Positions 30,763 through 40,012 of a stretch of 64,000 nucleotides of DNA are shown one piece after another. The translations under genes and the position numbers were made by a program. The DNA is taken from contig JASFQK010000019.1 in the NCBI GenBank assembly GCA_050115495.1, positions 57,924-121,923 on the forward strand, written 5' to 3'. The stretch comes from Phycisphaerae bacterium. GTDB taxonomy: Bacteria; Planctomycetota; Phycisphaerae; UBA1845; Fen-1342. The notes under the pieces were generated by a model. The model did not search any database, was not told the DNA's origin, and was given only the letters and a program-made list of their open reading frames with translations. How positions within the stretch are numbered: position 1 is the first letter of the stretch; the number at the start of each line of letters is the position of its first letter.

Positions 30763-32811
30763 CTACTCCGTCCCGCTCGCCACGCCGGCCGCCGTCTCGT
30801 CCGGCCGGAGCGTGTCCAGCTTCTGCCGCAAGGCGGCGATGGCCTGTTCCGGCGTGCAGCGGTTGATCGGCACGTCGCCGATCGTCACCGTCGGGCCGCG
30901 GTCGCATTGCTCGAAGCAGAACGTGGCCTGCACGTCGACCGCGTCCTGCAGGTTGTGCTCGTTCACGTACCGCAGCACGTGCTGCAAGAGCTTCTGTGAG
31001 CCGCGGACGTGGCAGTTCGTGCCGACGCACACCTGTATCGCCAGCTTGCCGTCATTCGGGCCGCCGAGCACGGGCAGTGGCAGACCGTGGATGCGCCGGC
31101 GACTCTCGTAATGCCGGTGCAGCAGGTGGTGCGCCTTCTCGCCGCCCACCTCGCCGATGCACTGTTCGTAGCAGCGGGTGACGATGTGGTTGTCCTGCGA
31201 CTTGTGGAGCTGGGACGTCTTGTCCGCCTCGTAGAGGCCACGGGCCCGCTGCTGGCGGACGACGGGATCGCGCGTGACCGGCTGGCCGGCGCCGCCGACG
31301 CAACCGCCGGGGCAGGCCATCACTTCGATCAGATCGTAGTGAGCTTCGCCTGCGCGAACCTTGCGCACCAGCTCCTTCGCGTTGCGCAGGCCGTGGACGA
31401 TGGCGAGTTTCACTTCGGTCCCGTTGACGCGGTACGACGCGCTGCGGATGCCCTCCTCGCCGCGCACCTCCTTGAAGTCGACGCTGTCGAGCTTCACGCC
31501 GCTGAGCTTCTCGACGGCGTACCGCAGCACCGCCTCGCTGACACCGCCGGACGCGCCGAAGATGATGCCCGCACCGGTCTTGAAACCGAGCGGCAGATCG
31601 AGGCTGTCCGGCTGGAGTTCGTGGAAGCAGATACCGGCCTGGTTGATCATCCGCACCAGCTCCTGCGTCGTGAGGACGAAGTCGACGTCGCGCCGGCCGT
31701 GCTCGGTGAAGTCCGGCTGCGCGGCTTCGACCTTCTTCGCAACGCAGGGCATGATCGACACGACGACCAGGTTGTCGCGGTCAACGTCCAATTCGCGGGG
31801 CAACATGCTCTTCGCTACCGCGCCGAACATCTGCTGCGGCGAGCGACACGACGACAGGTTCGGCAGCAGATCGGCACAGTACTGCTCGGCGTAGCGCACC
31901 CACGCCGGGCAGCAGGACGTGAACTGCGGTAGCCGCTCGCCCTTCTGCTTTCGCTGTATGAACTCGGTCGCTTCCTCGATAACCGTCATGTCGGCGGAGA
32001 AGCACGTGTCGTAGACCTTGCGAAAACCCATCAGGCGCAGGGCCGCGACGATCTGGCCGGTCGTCACCGCGCCCGGCGGCAGGCCGAACGCCTCACCCAG
32101 GGCGACGCGCACCGCCGGGGCGATCTGCGCGACGACGACCTCCTTCTTGTCATCGAGCGCCTTCCAGACGCCTTCGACCTCGCTACGGACCGTGAGTGCA
32201 CCGGTCGGGCAGACGCGCACGCACTGCCCGCAGTGCACGCATTCCACCTGGCCGAGGTCCTTGCCGAACGCCGGCATGACGGCGGCCTTCGCGCCGCGGT
32301 GGACGAAGTCGATCGCGCCGATGCCCTGAATCTCGCGGCATGCCCGCACGCAATCGCCGCAGAGCACGCACTTGTTCGGGTCGCGTACCAGCGCCGCCGA
32401 TGAGCGATCAACCGGGAAGTGTGGCTGTGTGGCCTTGAAACGCACGTGGTCGATGCCGAGCTGCCGCGCGATGCGCTGCAGCTGGCACGTTTCGCTGCGC
32501 GGACAGGTCGGGCAGCTCTGGTCGTGGCTCGCCAGCAGCAACTCGATGGCGATCCGGCGGATCTCGCGGATCTCCTCGGTCTGCGTGCGAACCTTCAGGC
32601 CCGGCTCGCACGGTGTGGAGCACGCCCCCACGATGCCGCGGCCTTCCACCTCCACGATGCACAGCCGGCACGCGCCGTACACGCTGAGTTCCGAATGGTA
32701 GCAGAACGTGGGCAGCTCGATGCCGGCCTTGCGCACCAGCTCCAGCAGGTTGCGCTCGCCGTTGATCTCGACCGTACGCCCGTCAATCGTCAGAGTATTC
32801 ATTGCAGACAT
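30763..32811 (-). CDS. hydA: Electron-bifurcating [FeFe]-hydrogenase catalytic subunit with C-terminal thioredoxin-like [2Fe-2S] domain
   Basis: NuoG-like N-terminal FeS domains; H-cluster motifs TSCCPAW, MPCVAKKVE, EVMACPGGCVGGAGQP; C-terminal 'CVGTNC...CFEQC'. Confidence 0.95.
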   Translation of the reverse strand: MSAMNTLTIDGRTVEINGERNLLELVRKAGIELPTFCYHSELSVYGACRLCIVEVEGRGIVGACSTPCEPGLKVRTQTEEIREIRRIAIELLLASHDQSCPTCPRSETCQLQRIARQLGIDHVRFKATQPHFPVDRSSAALVRDPNKCVLCGDCVRACREIQGIGAIDFVHRGAKAAVMPAFGKDLGQVECVHCGQCVRVCPTGALTVRSEVEGVWKALDDKKEVVVAQIAPAVRVALGEAFGLPPGAVTTGQIVAALRLMGFRKVYDTCFSADMTVIEEATEFIQRKQKGERLPQFTSCCPAWVRYAEQYCADLLPNLSSCRSPQQMFGAVAKSMLPRELDVDRDNLVVVSIMPCVAKKVEAAQPDFTEHGRRDVDFVLTTQELVRMINQAGICFHELQPDSLDLPLGFKTGAGIIFGASGGVSEAVLRYAVEKLSGVKLDSVDFKEVRGEEGIRSASYRVNGTEVKLAIVHGLRNAKELVRKVRAGEAHYDLIEVMACPGGCVGGAGQPVTRDPVVRQQRARGLYEADKTSQLHKSQDNHIVTRCYEQCIGEVGGEKAHHLLHRHYESRRRIHGLPLPVLGGPNDGKLAIQVCVGTNCHVRGSQKLLQHVLRYVNEHNLQDAVDVQATFCFEQCDRGPTVTIGDVPINRCTPEQAIAALRQKLDTLRPDETAAGVASGTE

Positions 32812-32829
32812 CGTCTGGTATTCCTCGCA

Positions 32830-34734
32830 CTAGAACCCGACCACCGCACCGAGCCGGCACACCTTCACGCACTCGCCGCACTTGATGCACTTCTCCTCGT
32901 CGATGACGTGCACCTGCTTGCGCTCGCCCGTAATCGCCTGCACGGGGCACACCTTAGCGCACATCGTGCAACCCTTGCAGCGGGCCGGGTCGATCTCCGG
33001 CCGGGCCAGGGCCTTGCAGCGGTGCGTCGGGCAGCGCTTCTGGAAGACGTGGGCTTCGTACTCATCGCGGAAGTGCAGCATCGTGCTGAGCACAGGGTTG
33101 GGGGCGGTCTTGCCCAGACCGCAGAGCGAGGCTTTCTGCACGGCGCGCGCCAGACGCTCCAGCAGTTCGAGCGTCTCCGCCGTGCCGCGGCCCTCGATCA
33201 CGTCGTCGAGCAGGGCGAGCAGTTGCTTCGTGCCTTCGCGGCACAGCACACACTTGCCGCACGACTCGTTCTGCGTGAACTGCATAAAGAAGCGGGCGAC
33301 GCTGACCATGCAGGTCTGCTGGTTCATGACGACCAGCCCGCCGGAGCCGACCATCGCCCCGACGCCTTTCAGGCTGTCGAAGTCGAGCGGCAGATCGAGG
33401 TGCTCCTGCGTGAGGCAGCCGCCGGAGGGACCGCCGATCTGCACGGCTTTGAACAACTCGCCGGTCGGCTCGCCCGTATCGTCGATGACGCCGCCGCCGA
33501 TGTTCATGACGATCTCACGGAGCGTCGTGCCGAAGGGCACTTCGATCAGGCCGGTGTTGGCCACGTGGCCGGTCAGGGCGAACGTCTTGGTGCCGGGCGA
33601 GTTCTGCGTGCCGATGCCGCGGAAGTGCCGCGCACCCTTCGCGATCACGAGCGGAACCGTGCCGAGCGTTTCCACGTTGTTGATGACGGTTGGGTGGCCC
33701 CAGAGGCCGGACTGGGCCGGGAACGGCGGCTTCGGCATGGGCATGCCGCGCTGGCCCTGGATCGACGCGATCATCGCGGTCTCTTCGCCGCAGACGAACG
33801 CGCCGGCCCCTTCCATCACTTCCAGCGTCAGGCGGGTGCCGCTGCCGAGCGCGTTCGGCCCGAGGATGCTCATCGCGGTCGCGTCCTCGACCGCTTTCCG
33901 CATCCGCCGAACGGCCAGCGGGTACTCGGCCCGCACGTAGATGACGCCTTCATCCGCGCCGATCGCCCGGGCGGCGATCATCATGCCTTCGATGACGCGG
34001 TGCGGATCGCCTTCCATGAGGCTGCGGTCCATGAACGCGCCGGGGTCACCCTCATCGCCGTTGCAGATGATGTACTTCTTGTTGCTCTGCTGCTTGCGGG
34101 CCACGTCCCACTTACGCCCCGTCGGGAATCCGCCGCCGCCGCGGCCACGCAGACCCGACAGCGTGACCTCTTCGCATACGGTCTCCGACGACAGGTCAAA
34201 GAACGCCGTCCGCGCTGCGCTGTAGCCGCCGCGGGCGATGTACTCGTGGATGTTCTCCGGATCGATCAGGCCGCACTCGGCGAGCACGGTGCGGGCCTGA
34301 CGCTGGTAGAACGGAATCTCGCGCGGGCCCCGGCAATGCTTGCCGGATTGCGGCTCCTGGTATTGCAGGCGCTCGATCGGTTGCCCGCCGATGAGCGTCG
34401 TCTCGATGATCTCCTGCACGTCGGCGGGCCGCACGCGGCGGTACAGCAGGCCCTCGGGCTCGATCGTCACGAGCGGTCCCTGCTGGCAGAAGCCCTGGCA
34501 GCCACTTTTCGAGACGAGCGTCGCCCCCTCGTTCTCGCCCGCTTCCGGCCGCAGTTCGACTTCGACCGCGATCCCGCGCTGCCGGCAGCCTTCCACCAGG
34601 GCCGCGTGCACCGCGAGGGCGCCGTTCGCGACGCAGCCGGTGCCGGCACAGATCACGACGCGCCGGGCGAGCTTCGCCGATGCGGCGTTGTAGTCCTGAG
34701 CGATCGCGTCCAGGTTGGTGGCGGTAGTGGTCAT
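32830..34734 (-). CDS. hydB: [FeFe]-hydrogenase NADH/FMN-binding subunit (NuoF-like)
   Basis: GLRGRGGGGFPTG, CNGDEGDPGAFMDR, GAFVCGEET, ESCGKCVLCR; C-terminal 2x[4Fe-4S]. Confidence 0.95.
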   Translation of the reverse strand: MTTTATNLDAIAQDYNAASAKLARRVVICAGTGCVANGALAVHAALVEGCRQRGIAVEVELRPEAGENEGATLVSKSGCQGFCQQGPLVTIEPEGLLYRRVRPADVQEIIETTLIGGQPIERLQYQEPQSGKHCRGPREIPFYQRQARTVLAECGLIDPENIHEYIARGGYSAARTAFFDLSSETVCEEVTLSGLRGRGGGGFPTGRKWDVARKQQSNKKYIICNGDEGDPGAFMDRSLMEGDPHRVIEGMMIAARAIGADEGVIYVRAEYPLAVRRMRKAVEDATAMSILGPNALGSGTRLTLEVMEGAGAFVCGEETAMIASIQGQRGMPMPKPPFPAQSGLWGHPTVINNVETLGTVPLVIAKGARHFRGIGTQNSPGTKTFALTGHVANTGLIEVPFGTTLREIVMNIGGGVIDDTGEPTGELFKAVQIGGPSGGCLTQEHLDLPLDFDSLKGVGAMVGSGGLVVMNQQTCMVSVARFFMQFTQNESCGKCVLCREGTKQLLALLDDVIEGRGTAETLELLERLARAVQKASLCGLGKTAPNPVLSTMLHFRDEYEAHVFQKRCPTHRCKALARPEIDPARCKGCTMCAKVCPVQAITGERKQVHVIDEEKCIKCGECVKVCRLGAVVGF

Positions 34735-35243
34735 GCCGGCACCTCCCTCGCGGCGATCTCATCGACCACGGCGACCGCCTTCTCCGGCGTCATCTGGCCG
34801 TACACCTGCTCGTTGACCACCATCACCGGCGCCAGGCCGCACGCGCCGAGACACGAAACGGTCTCGACGGTGAACAGCATGTCCGGCGTCGTCTTCCGCT
34901 CTTCTGTCACGTTCAACCGCTTGCGCAGCGCTTCGAGAATCGGGATCGACTGCCGTACGTGGCAGGCCGTCCCGTCGCAAAGCCGAACGACGTACTTGCC
35001 CTTCGGCTCCAGCGCGAAGTGCGCGTAGAAGCTCGCCACGCCGAACACGTGGGCCGGCGGCAGATCGAGCGCTGTGGCCACGAAGGACAGCACCTCTTCG
35101 GGGAGGTAGCGATACTCCTCCTGCACGGCCTGAAGCACCGGGATCAGCCGGGCCGAATCGTGGCCGTGACGTTCCAGGATTTCGCAGACGCGTTCGAAGC
35201 GACGCGCCGTGTTCGAGGCAGGACCTGATACAACCGTGGACAT
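34731..35243 (-). CDS. hydC: [FeFe]-hydrogenase [2Fe-2S] subunit (NuoE-like)
   Basis: 'CDGTACH', 'CLGACGLAP'. ATGA overlap with hydB. Confidence 0.93.
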   Translation of the reverse strand: MSTVVSGPASNTARRFERVCEILERHGHDSARLIPVLQAVQEEYRYLPEEVLSFVATALDLPPAHVFGVASFYAHFALEPKGKYVVRLCDGTACHVRQSIPILEALRKRLNVTEERKTTPDMLFTVETVSCLGACGLAPVMVVNEQVYGQMTPEKAVAVVDEIAAREVPA

Positions 35244-35271
35244 TACTACTGAGACTCCGTGCTGTACGTGC

Positions 35272-35964
35272 CTATTCCGAGTCCAACGCCTGGGCCAGCC
35301 GACCAGACAGGCTGCCGGCGTGATCTGAGAGAGCGGCGATGCGGTTCGAGAGCACCGCCAGCCCCGGATAGAAATCTTCGTTCTGAACGATGATGCCCTC
35401 GGGCACCTTGAGGGTCGCCGGCGCGAAGTTCCAGATGGCCTTGATGCCGCTGTCGACGAGGAGGTCGGCGACGGACTGGGCGGCGGGCGCGGGCACCGTG
35501 ATGATGCCCACGTGGACGTTCATGCGCCAGGCGAGGTCGGTGAGCTTCTCCATGTCGAAGACGCGTTTGCCGTGGACTTCGGTGCCGACCTTCGCCGGGT
35601 CGGAATCAAAGGCGGCGAGAATGTTGATCCCGCAGTTGGCGATCTGCTCGTAGCCGAGCAAAGCCGAGCCCATATGTCCGACGCCGATGAGGAACGCGTC
35701 TTTGTGGTTGTTCCACCCGAGGAAGGTCACGATGGCGTCGAGGAGCTCGTGCAGGTTGTAGCCGACCTTGGGCCGCCCCACGATGCCGGTGGCCGCCAGG
35801 TCCTTCCGGACTTGCGTGGGGTCGAGCTGGAGGGCACGTCCGATATGGCTGCACGAGACGACGTCCCGCCCACGCTCCCGCAGGGCGCGGAGGAAGTGGA
35901 AGTACGCCGGCAAGCGCCGTAAGGTTGGCTCTGACACTGGCTTAGGGATGCGTTTGTCTGTCAT
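35272..35964 (-). CDS. rex: Redox-sensing transcriptional repressor Rex
   Basis: 'PTLRRLPAY', 'QVRKDLA..G..GRPKVGY', Rossmann 'IGVGHMGSAL', 'IWNFAP'. Confidence 0.93.
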   Translation of the reverse strand: MTDKRIPKPVSEPTLRRLPAYFHFLRALRERGRDVVSCSHIGRALQLDPTQVRKDLAATGIVGRPKVGYNLHELLDAIVTFLGWNNHKDAFLIGVGHMGSALLGYEQIANCGINILAAFDSDPAKVGTEVHGKRVFDMEKLTDLAWRMNVHVGIITVPAPAAQSVADLLVDSGIKAIWNFAPATLKVPEGIIVQNEDFYPGLAVLSNRIAALSDHAGSLSGRLAQALDSE

Positions 35965-35982
35965 GTGTCACCTGCCGCCGAA

Positions 35983-36059
35983 TCGAGAAGGTTTTATCGA
36001 GACATTTTTACGGAGAAATCTTTCTCTATTAGTATGCGTCAGGTTCCAGCCCGGGTCAA
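35983..36059 (-). promoter_or_regulatory. rex-hyd operon promoter with two palindromic Rex-like operators
   Basis: Minus-strand TTGACC-N17-CATACT. Palindromes TCGAGAA-GGTT-TTATCGA (35983-36000) and CGGAGAA-ATCT-TTCTCTA (36011-36028). Confidence 0.55.
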
Positions 36060-36362
36060 GAAACGGGCAGGAAAACAGTGCTGCTAACTGCGAACAGGCG
36101 GCGTCAGAGATGCCCCCGCACCGGCGTCGGACGCCGAGAGATGGGGCAGGAAGTGACTTAACGTGGGCCGCATGCCACTCGGGCCGGGCCGAGCCGCGGT
36201 CCTGCCAGGAAGACCCGATCGTAACGGCGTAAGCGTGCCGCCGACGAAGCCGGGAAGGACGGTGGCTACACCGCGCCTAGCCTGCGCCGATCCGTCAACG
36301 CCGGGCCAGACGCGAGCGTAGCCACAGATGCCCGCGGGTCGGGCTGAAGTACTCGACGTGGG

Positions 36363-37508
36363 TTAACGGCGTCTGAGAACCAGCACGCTAAGCCCCAGCA
36401 GCGTAAGCGAAGCGGGTTCCGGCAGGCGAATGATGAATCCGTCAGGAATGAAGCTGCCCTCGGCACGCCCCCAGCCCGCGATCGTCATTCCGTCTGCCGA
36501 AATGCTCAGCGGGAGCGCCAGCGTATACCCGGACGGCAACGGCACGCCGGCCTCCAGGGCGTACTCAGTCAGATTCACCATCGTACCGTCCCGCCACAAG
36601 AACCCGTCGCCCCCAACCGGGCCGAACCAGCTGACCGGCGGGCGCTCGTAACCCACGATCGTATGTCCATCCGCGCTCACGCCGGTTGCACCCTGCTCGG
36701 TAATGTACTCCGGCGTGCCTGGCGTGAGCGTGCCGAGCAGCTCCGCGCCGCCGTCCTCCGTCCAGCGCCAAGCGCACCGGATATTGTCGACCATCGTTGA
36801 CCAGCCCCCGTATCCGGCCACGACGGAGCCATCGCCGCTGATCACGTTTCCCTCTCCCAGCGGCTGGCCGTCGTAGTACAGCAGGGTCTCTGCGCCGCCA
36901 CTCCAGATCGCGGCCTGGCGCGTCCCCCCGGGGCAGTCCTGCCAACCAACAATGGTCGAACCGTCGTGACTGACGGCGTTGGCGCGAGATGACCGGTCCT
37001 CGTGCAACGAACCGAGATCAACCAGGCCCGTCTCCGCCGTCCACTTGGTGGCGTGCACCTTGGTGACATCCACCCACGCGCTCCCGACAAGCGTCCCGCC
37101 GTCGCCCGAAATCCCCCAGGAGTTGCTCGCCTCCGACCCCGGTGCCCCGCCAGACCACAGGCAACCAACCGGCGTCCAGGAACCGGCGACGACATCGTAG
37201 TAGGCCATCTCGCTCAGATCCGAGTTCGGATTCGTCGCATTGCCGCAGATGACGGTGCCATCGGCGGAGACCGCCGTAGAGCCGCCGTACCCCGAGCCGA
37301 AGTTGCCACCGATACTGACAAGCCCGTCGGACTCCGTCCACGTGAAGAACCCAGACCCAGAGAGCCTGGCTGCGACCATACCGCCGTCGGCGGAAATGCC
37401 CGACGGTGTGACATTCGTCCCCAGGCTGTAGAACGCGGGACCGCTGTAGGCCTGCAGGACACACAAGCCGAGCACCGCGACAACACTGACCAGTTTCGTG
37501 CTTCTCAT
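36363..37508 (-). CDS. PEP-CTERM exported protein with HAF-like 'ISADG' repeats
   Basis: Signal peptide; repeated (G/A)(I/V)SxDGxxI/VxG; C-terminal 'LPEPASLTLLGLSVLVLRRR'. Confidence 0.88.
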   Translation of the reverse strand: MRSTKLVSVVAVLGLCVLQAYSGPAFYSLGTNVTPSGISADGGMVAARLSGSGFFTWTESDGLVSIGGNFGSGYGGSTAVSADGTVICGNATNPNSDLSEMAYYDVVAGSWTPVGCLWSGGAPGSEASNSWGISGDGGTLVGSAWVDVTKVHATKWTAETGLVDLGSLHEDRSSRANAVSHDGSTIVGWQDCPGGTRQAAIWSGGAETLLYYDGQPLGEGNVISGDGSVVAGYGGWSTMVDNIRCAWRWTEDGGAELLGTLTPGTPEYITEQGATGVSADGHTIVGYERPPVSWFGPVGGDGFLWRDGTMVNLTEYALEAGVPLPSGYTLALPLSISADGMTIAGWGRAEGSFIPDGFIIRLPEPASLTLLGLSVLVLRRR

Positions 37509-37687
37509 GAGTTTCTCCTCATCCTCTCGAGAACCGCGCGAACTAACGCGGACCTGACTCTCCAGTGTATCGTCCGCGGATCTTTATTCAAGTATTTCCC
37601 TGGGGAAGATTGTGAATCACTTTACAGGGGGACACCTCATCGGCTAGACTGCGGTTGGTAGAGGTAATCACGAGACTTGGACTGGCG

Positions 37688-38929
37688 ATGGCACGTACGA
37701 AGAAAGCACCGCAATCCAGCACGCCGGCGCGGGCTCAGTCCTTCGAGGCTCAGTTGGCCGCCGCCTTTCAGCAGTTCCGCGGGGCACTGACGGAGCTTCT
37801 GACCGCTGTCCATGCCGACCCGGATCGCCCGCAGGACGTCGCACGTAAGTTCAAGCTGGATAAGAACCTTACGTGGAAAGTCAGCCGGATTGTGAACACG
37901 CCGGACAGCTTCTCCGCCGTACAGCACATGCCCGGTACGAATGGCTTGAACATCCTTCTGCACGCCTTCGAAGCCAACGGCGCCCCGGCCGCCACCGTTG
38001 CGCGTGCGCGCACGAGTTTCGGCACCGTTCACCAGATGGTCACCAAGCACCTCGGCGACCGTGGCACGCTCGAGATCGCTCTCGACGGGCTGTCGCCCGG
38101 GCCCGATAACGAACGCCTGGAACTCAGTCGGAAGTTGGCCTTCCGCGGGAACAGCGGCATCTGGGGCGTACAGGCTCGCGTGCGGGCCGCCGTCGGACTG
38201 CTGGCTCCGACCGCCGACAGCGATGATCTGGTGGACGTGGCGCTCGTGTCCGGCTGGGTGGACTTTCGGCGGTTGCGGCCCGACGCTCGCTGGCGTCTGT
38301 TCACCGCCCGGGCCTACCACGATGACGGCACCAGCGCCGACCGAACCGAGGTGCCGATCGAGGACGACAGCAACCGGCGTGGGAAGCTGATGCTGATACC
38401 CTCGTTCTGCACGGAGACGATGCCGCCCATCCTCGAGACGCGCGAGCGTGATGCGGTCGTGTATGAGCTGGGCGAGGGCCCCGTTGGGAACTCGGGCGCG
38501 TTCACCTGCTTCTGCGGCGCGATCAACCGCGGGTTCGCCTCACGCTATCGCGACGAGCACAACACGAGGGGCGAGTTCACGACGCATATCACCGCGCCGG
38601 CGGAGACACTCCTGTTTGACGTGCTGGTACACCGGGACCTGCCGTTCGCGATGCGTCCCGCCTTCAGCCTCTACGGCATGCTCCTGGCGAATCCAACAGA
38701 ATACCGCGACAGCGACAAGCTGCCCATCGCCGAGAAGATCGTGGAGATCGGCGCCTATCCCCCCGTGGTCGCCACGGCGCTCGTACCGCGCTACACGGAA
38801 CTGGTAAACGCGATCTATCATCGCGGAAACTGGGATCCTCGGGACTTCGTCGGCCTGCGGTTCATGCTGAAGTACCCGCCGTTCCCCTCGACCGCGGTTC
38901 TCGCTTTCCCGCTGCTGGAGCGCGCGTAG
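37688..38929 (+). CDS. Hypothetical protein with putative N-terminal HTH (possible regulator)
   Basis: Long ORF with normal codon usage; 'PQDVARKFKLDKNLTWKVSRIV' is HTH-like; divergent from the PEP-CTERM gene. Confidence 0.65.
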   Translation: MARTKKAPQSSTPARAQSFEAQLAAAFQQFRGALTELLTAVHADPDRPQDVARKFKLDKNLTWKVSRIVNTPDSFSAVQHMPGTNGLNILLHAFEANGAPAATVARARTSFGTVHQMVTKHLGDRGTLEIALDGLSPGPDNERLELSRKLAFRGNSGIWGVQARVRAAVGLLAPTADSDDLVDVALVSGWVDFRRLRPDARWRLFTARAYHDDGTSADRTEVPIEDDSNRRGKLMLIPSFCTETMPPILETRERDAVVYELGEGPVGNSGAFTCFCGAINRGFASRYRDEHNTRGEFTTHITAPAETLLFDVLVHRDLPFAMRPAFSLYGMLLANPTEYRDSDKLPIAEKIVEIGAYPPVVATALVPRYTELVNAIYHRGNWDPRDFVGLRFMLKYPPFPSTAVLAFPLLERA

Positions 38930-38992
38930 CGCGACAGGACGACGGCGGCACCCGGTCGCTCGTACCGGCGCGCGCGGGGCCGGAGCAGCGAG

Positions 38993-40012
38993 CTACCGGC
39001 GAACGCGGACCACGCAGCCGGGCGGGGACTCGCGGTCGATCTCGAACTCCACGTCGAGGAAGGCCTTGATGACCTCGATGTTCGTCTGGGCGTGTCGCGA
39101 CAGCCCGAGCGTGCGAAACGCGCCGCCGCCGGCCAGAGCCAGCGGGATCAGCAGTTGGTCCGTCAGGTACTCGCCGACGGCGGCACCCTTGGCCAGGTAA
39201 CGCCGGGCGGCGTCCACGGCCTTGTCGGCCACCGTCTCCGCCGGGATCTGCTTCTCGCCGAAGCCGGTGAAGACTTCGGTCAGGTGCTCGCACTCCACCT
39301 CGATGGTCACGATGTTTCCCGGGCCGAGCGAGCCGCGCACCTCCTCGACGACGAGGTTCTCTTCGGCCACGCTGAGCCGGTGGGCGATGACACCCAATTC
39401 GCGAACGGCGATGTAGCGGTTCAGGTGGGCCACCTTGGCCGTGGCCCGCAGGCATTTCGTCTCACCGCGCTCGAGCAGCTCGATCGGAGTCAACCTGGCG
39501 GCCGGCGAGATCGTCACGTGGAACTCACCGCCGCCGGCAGGGTAGAACCCGGGGCGAACGAGCGTGGCGTTGACCGTCGGCCCCATGCGATTGACCAGCG
39601 GCAGGAACGCCTTCGCCAGGAAGTCGAACGGCGGTGCCCACGGGTTGTGCGTCCCGCCTTCGAGCCGGAGCGTCGACGGTCCGGATGCGCACAGCAGCGC
39701 GGGCAGGATGGTTTGCAGCACCAGCGTCGCACTGCCGGCGGTCCCGATCGCGAAGTGATACTCGCCGGGGCGCAGCTCGCCGGGCTCGAACGTCAGTCCG
39801 GTGCTGTGCAGCACGGCGCCGGTCACCTTGGCCCGGCCGACCTCGGTGGCCGCGTTGACGGCGGTGAGGTGCTGCCGCATCAACCCGGGCTTCTTCCGCC
39901 CGGCCCGGATATTCGTGATCGTGAATGGCTTGCCGGTAACGAGCGACAACGCCAGCGACGACCGCAGAATCTGCCCGCCGCCTTCGCCTTGTGAGCCGTC
40001 GATCCTAATCAC
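38993..40012 (-). CDS. rtcA: RNA 3'-terminal phosphate cyclase
   Basis: 'IDGSQGEGGGQILRSSLALS', 'RKKPGLMRQH', 'GGTHNPWAP', 'RPGFYPAGGG', 'HAQTN'. GTG start overlaps the upstream stop. Confidence 0.95.
   Translation of the reverse strand: MIRIDGSQGEGGGQILRSSLALSLVTGKPFTITNIRAGRKKPGLMRQHLTAVNAATEVGRAKVTGAVLHSTGLTFEPGELRPGEYHFAIGTAGSATLVLQTILPALLCASGPSTLRLEGGTHNPWAPPFDFLAKAFLPLVNRMGPTVNATLVRPGFYPAGGGEFHVTISPAARLTPIELLERGETKCLRATAKVAHLNRYIAVRELGVIAHRLSVAEENLVVEEVRGSLGPGNIVTIEVECEHLTEVFTGFGEKQIPAETVADKAVDAARRYLAKGAAVGEYLTDQLLIPLALAGGGAFRTLGLSRHAQTNIEVIKAFLDVEFEIDRESPPGCVVRVRR

Noticed and set aside
32419..35028. Long antisense ORFs (869 aa here; also 11043..13193, 13269..15215, 43525..45282, 47626..49296, 51825..53495, 58167..59789)
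   Set aside because: Shadow frames opposite clear genes, expected in high-GC DNA; no recognisable motifs.
36105..36265. Cobalamin riboswitch-like words (GCCCCCGCA, GCCACT, CCAGGAAGACC, GGGAAGG)
   Set aside because: Motif order and spacing are wrong, and there is no downstream plus-strand gene.
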